A stretch of DNA of 63,770 bases, filler included, from Octopus bimaculoides (lineage: Eukaryota), in assembly GCF_001194135.2 (NCBI RefSeq). It is 5 parts of 5 records of this genome, joined end to end, with 100 filler letters (N's around TTAATTAATTAA, not from the genome) between each part and the next. Parts side by side here need not be neighbours in the genome. Positions count along the whole stretch, not along the records: positions 54,310 to 62,186 come from NC_068986.1; positions 62,287 to 63,770 come from NC_068991.1; 3 more parts are not named here. One strand, given 5' to 3'. The notes beneath the pieces are model-generated. The model was not told the origin of the DNA. It was given only the letters and a program-made list of their open reading frames with translations, and did not search any database. Numbering within the stretch: the first letter of the stretch is position 1; each line of letters starts with the position of its first letter. Of the stretch, positions 60,967-63,770 are shown in pieces. A program made the position numbers and the translations under genes.

Positions 60967-61355
60967 ATGTTGTTGTTGACACTCCGTCGCTTATGACGTC
61001 GAGGGTTCCAGTCGATCCGATCAACGGAACAGCCTGCTCGTGAAATTAACGTACAAGTGGCTGAGCACTCCACAGACACGTGTACCCTTAACGTAGTTCT
61101 CGGGGATATTCAGCGTGACACAGTGTGACAAGGCTGACCCTTTGAATTACAGGCACAACAGAAACAGGAAGTAAGAGTGAGAGAAAGTTGTGGTGGAAGA
61201 GTACAGCAGGGTTCACCACCATCCCCTGCCGGAGCCTCGTGGAGCTTTAGGTGTTTTCGCTCAATAAACACTCACAACGCCCGGTCTTGGAATCGAAACC
61301 GCGATCCTATGACCGCGAGTCCGCTGCCCTAACCACTGGGCCATTGCGCCTCCAC
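60967..61355 (-). mobile_element. Full-length young tRNA-derived SINE (389 bp) with 9-bp TSD and (AAC)n tail
   Basis: TSD AGAATGCCC at 60958-60966 and 61356-61364. Head GTGGAGGCGCAATGGCCCAGTGGTTAGGG...GGTTTCGATTCC. Confidence 0.92.
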
Positions 61356-61482
61356 AGAATGCCCTTACTAATTGATCTATTGAATAAGATCGAACACTGC
61401 AGGGGGGGGGGGTGAAATAACAACAGCAATAATAACGCCACCCCCACCCACAGTAATAAGAGCAACAGTTACAACAACAATT

Positions 61483-61557
61483 ACAACAACAGCAGCAATG
61501 TTAATGTTGTCACTGACAACAACAGCAGCAATGTTAATGTTGTCACTGACAACAACA
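61483..61557. repeat. Perfect 33-bp tandem duplication
   Basis: ACAACAACAGCAGCAATGTTAATGTTGTCACTG x2 plus 9 bp. Confidence 0.95.
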
Positions 61558-61984
61558 TCGTCAACAACAACAATCACATTTCAATATAAAAATAATGAGA
61601 AGACATTTTGTTTTGGCTGCTGCTGTTATTGTTATTGTTGTTGTTGTTCACTGAATGATTTTCGTCAATTAGGAAACTGCGTATGATTAAGTGTAGAGTG
61701 GCAAGGAGGCTTGGTGTCTGTAGCCGGTGACTAGGATTGGTGGGGTGAATGCTAGTTTGGCTGTAATACATTATGACCCTATAAAAAAAGACATTTGAAA
61801 AATTTAATGATAATTGAATAATAAGTAATAAGTATGTCAGTAACTACGTACGTGATAGTAAACGTTGGATAAACGGCTGAGAAGTGGAGTGTATTAAGAT
61901 AGCCGCGTTTCTGAGTGTAGCGATCGTCAGAGAACTACATTTTATCGAAAACTGCATAGAAGGTGAAGGTGTGTAGCCTTGTGC

Positions 61985-62155
61985 TAAGGAATTGGGAATT
62001 TTTAGTCGAACAAACCGAATTCAGCATTTATCCTTTTCTAGTGTCGAACTTATTCTATCAATCTGTATCACCTAACCGCTAAGTGATTAGGAAGCAAACA
62101 AACCGACAGCGGTTTTCAAGCGGTGGTGTGGGAAAAACTTAGACACAAAGATGCG
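61985..62155 (-). mobile_element. Degenerate 3' half of the CORE-type SINE
   Basis: TTTAGTCGAA...CTTATTCTATC...AACCGCTAAGT...AAACCGACAGCGGTTTTCAAGCGGTGG. Confidence 0.6.
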
Positions 62156-62332
62156 CACATAATATTATATATATATATATATATATNNNNNNNNNNNNNN
62201 NNNNNNNNNNNNNNNNNNNNNNNNNNNNNNTTAATTAATTAANNNNNNNNNNNNNNNNNNNNNNNNNNNNNNNNNNNNNNNNNNNNAGGGAGGAGGGGAG
62301 GGGAGGAGGAGGAGGAGGAGGACAAGAAGAAG

Positions 62333-62361
<29 letters not shown>

Positions 62362-62364
<3 letters not shown>

Positions 62365-62579
62365 CTGTAAGTAGAGATATAGACAAATGGTTGGAGATTG
62401 GGATGGAATGCCCTGTCGAGCTTCTACGGAGAGTATCCCTCTTAGGAACAGGAAAGACTATCAGGAGGGCCTTAAGCACTTGAAAGACTATTGAAAGCTT
62501 GTGGACACCTAAGGTCACAGGTAGTAACCCGTTACCCACATAAATTTTGTCAGGAATAAAACCGAACCGGGGTCAAATC
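62362..62579 (+). mobile_element. R4/Dong-type 3' end
   Basis: TVSRDIDKWLEIGMECPVELLRRVSLLGTGKTIRRAL*; preceded by (GAA)n and followed by AAC/AAT repeats. Confidence 0.75.
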
Positions 62580-62627
62580 AATAACAACAGCAACAACGAC
62601 GATGACAACAACAACAACAACAACAAC

Positions 62628-62688
<61 letters not shown>

Positions 62689-62691
<3 letters not shown>

Positions 62692-63770
62692 CCTGGTAGA
62701 CAAAACTGTACTTCGAGACTGCAAGAAGAGGAAAACTAACTTAGCCATGTAATGGATCGACTATCGCAAGGCATGCGATATGATCCCACATTCTTGGATT
62801 ATGGAATGTATGAACCTATTTGGCATTGCATCAAATGTTGAGTGATAGCTTGGAAAAAGTATGGCGAATTGGATGACGGACCTGAGAGCATACAGAAGTT
62901 TAGGGACAGTAGAAATTAAGTGGGGCATCTTCCGAGGGGTCTGCCGTGACCCCACTGATCTTTGTACTGTGCTTGATACCAATAACATTGATACTGAGGA
63001 AAGCAAAAGCTGGGTGTGTATTCAAAAGCCGCCAACAAAAATTCAACCATTTGTTGTTCATGGATGACCTCAAACTTTATGGTAAAGATGAATCCTAAGT
63101 CAGTTCCATCGTTGATACGGTGTACACTTTCAGTGCTGATATCAGAATGGAGTTCGGACTGTGAAACTGTGGTGTGTTAGTCTTGAAGAGAGGCAAAATC
63201 AAATGTATGGACGGACTAATGATACCATCGGGGGAGGTTATGAAGCGGGCCATAAGTACTTAGGGATTTTGGAAATGGATAAATTGATGGAGAAAGAAAT
63301 GACAGAAAAATTCGAGGTGGAGTACTTGCGCAGATTGAGACTGATCCTTAAGTCGAAATTAAACGGACGGAATAAGATCGAAGCTATCAACACCTGGGTG
63401 GTTTCACTCCTTAGATATGGAGCAGGAGTAAATCGCATGGACAGTAGACGAACTAAACAGATTAGACAGAAGGACAAGGAAGTTTCTGACTAGATATGGG
63501 ATACTCCACCCAAAACGTGACACAGACAGACTGTATGTACGAAGAAAAAGAGGGAGAAGATTGACTGGTTGGATGCGAATGCAGTATTAGAGCAGAAGAA
63601 AACAACATAGCATGGTATATAAAAAAAAATGTCACATAAGCGCTATTACTGGAAGTAAGGTCAGGCTTGTGTAGGATGGAAGATTGCAAAGATAAGGCGC
63701 TGTACAAGCGCTTGAGAATGAATGAAACTGTAAATAGGAGGATAAAGAAACGAATGAATGGACAATTTCA
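62689..63770 (+). mobile_element. R4/Dong-type RT region, decayed, cut by window end
   Basis: WIDYRKACDMIPHSWI, GIF.G, NHLLFMDDLKLY, YKYLG-like HKYLG, YLRRLRLILKSKLNGRNKIEAINTW; starts directly after (AAT)n. Confidence 0.92.

Noticed and set aside
61270-61355. tRNA gene
   Set aside because: It is the tRNA-derived head of a TSD-flanked SINE; the same applies to the other A/B-box heads.
13007-61686. Poly-YI, HT, CV, LS, M/D, N, T and P ORFs
   Set aside because: These are translations of di-, tri- and tetranucleotide repeats.
1-63770. Prokaryotic or viral operon-like novel system
   Set aside because: No dense ORF clusters, Shine-Dalgarno-led genes or intact enzymes; the content is metazoan repeat-rich intronic or intergenic DNA.

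Overview
Eukaryotic, AT-rich, gap-ridden scaffold window made almost entirely of transposable-element debris and microsatellites. The SINE families, microsatellite load and TTAGGG repeat point to an octopod cephalopod (probably Octopus); this is inference from memory, not a search. No intact long gene, rRNA, true tRNA or CRISPR array is visible, and nearly all ORFs in the supplied track come from N-runs or simple repeats. Recognisable content: decayed pogo, hAT (Buster/Charlie-like), mariner and Tc1/maT-like DNA transposons; RTE and RTE-BovB LINE fragments; six R4/Dong-type fragments, most embedded in (AAT)n; a gag-like ORF1 relic; at least four modular tRNA-derived SINE types; several long inverted repeats; a promoter-like CpG-rich island near 2.5 kb; and a few splice-site-bounded candidate host exons (best: 7176-7319 +, 36075-36241 +, 47452-47608 -). 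The most notable unexplained signal is a set of minimal type-I hammerhead-ribozyme-like motifs in short Penelope-like repeats: a head-to-head inverted pair at 27.0-27.2 kb, and a second family with a shared CUGUNGA core variant at 24.5 and 35.9 kb. All annotation was done by eye; element boundaries are approximate and family names are from recall.
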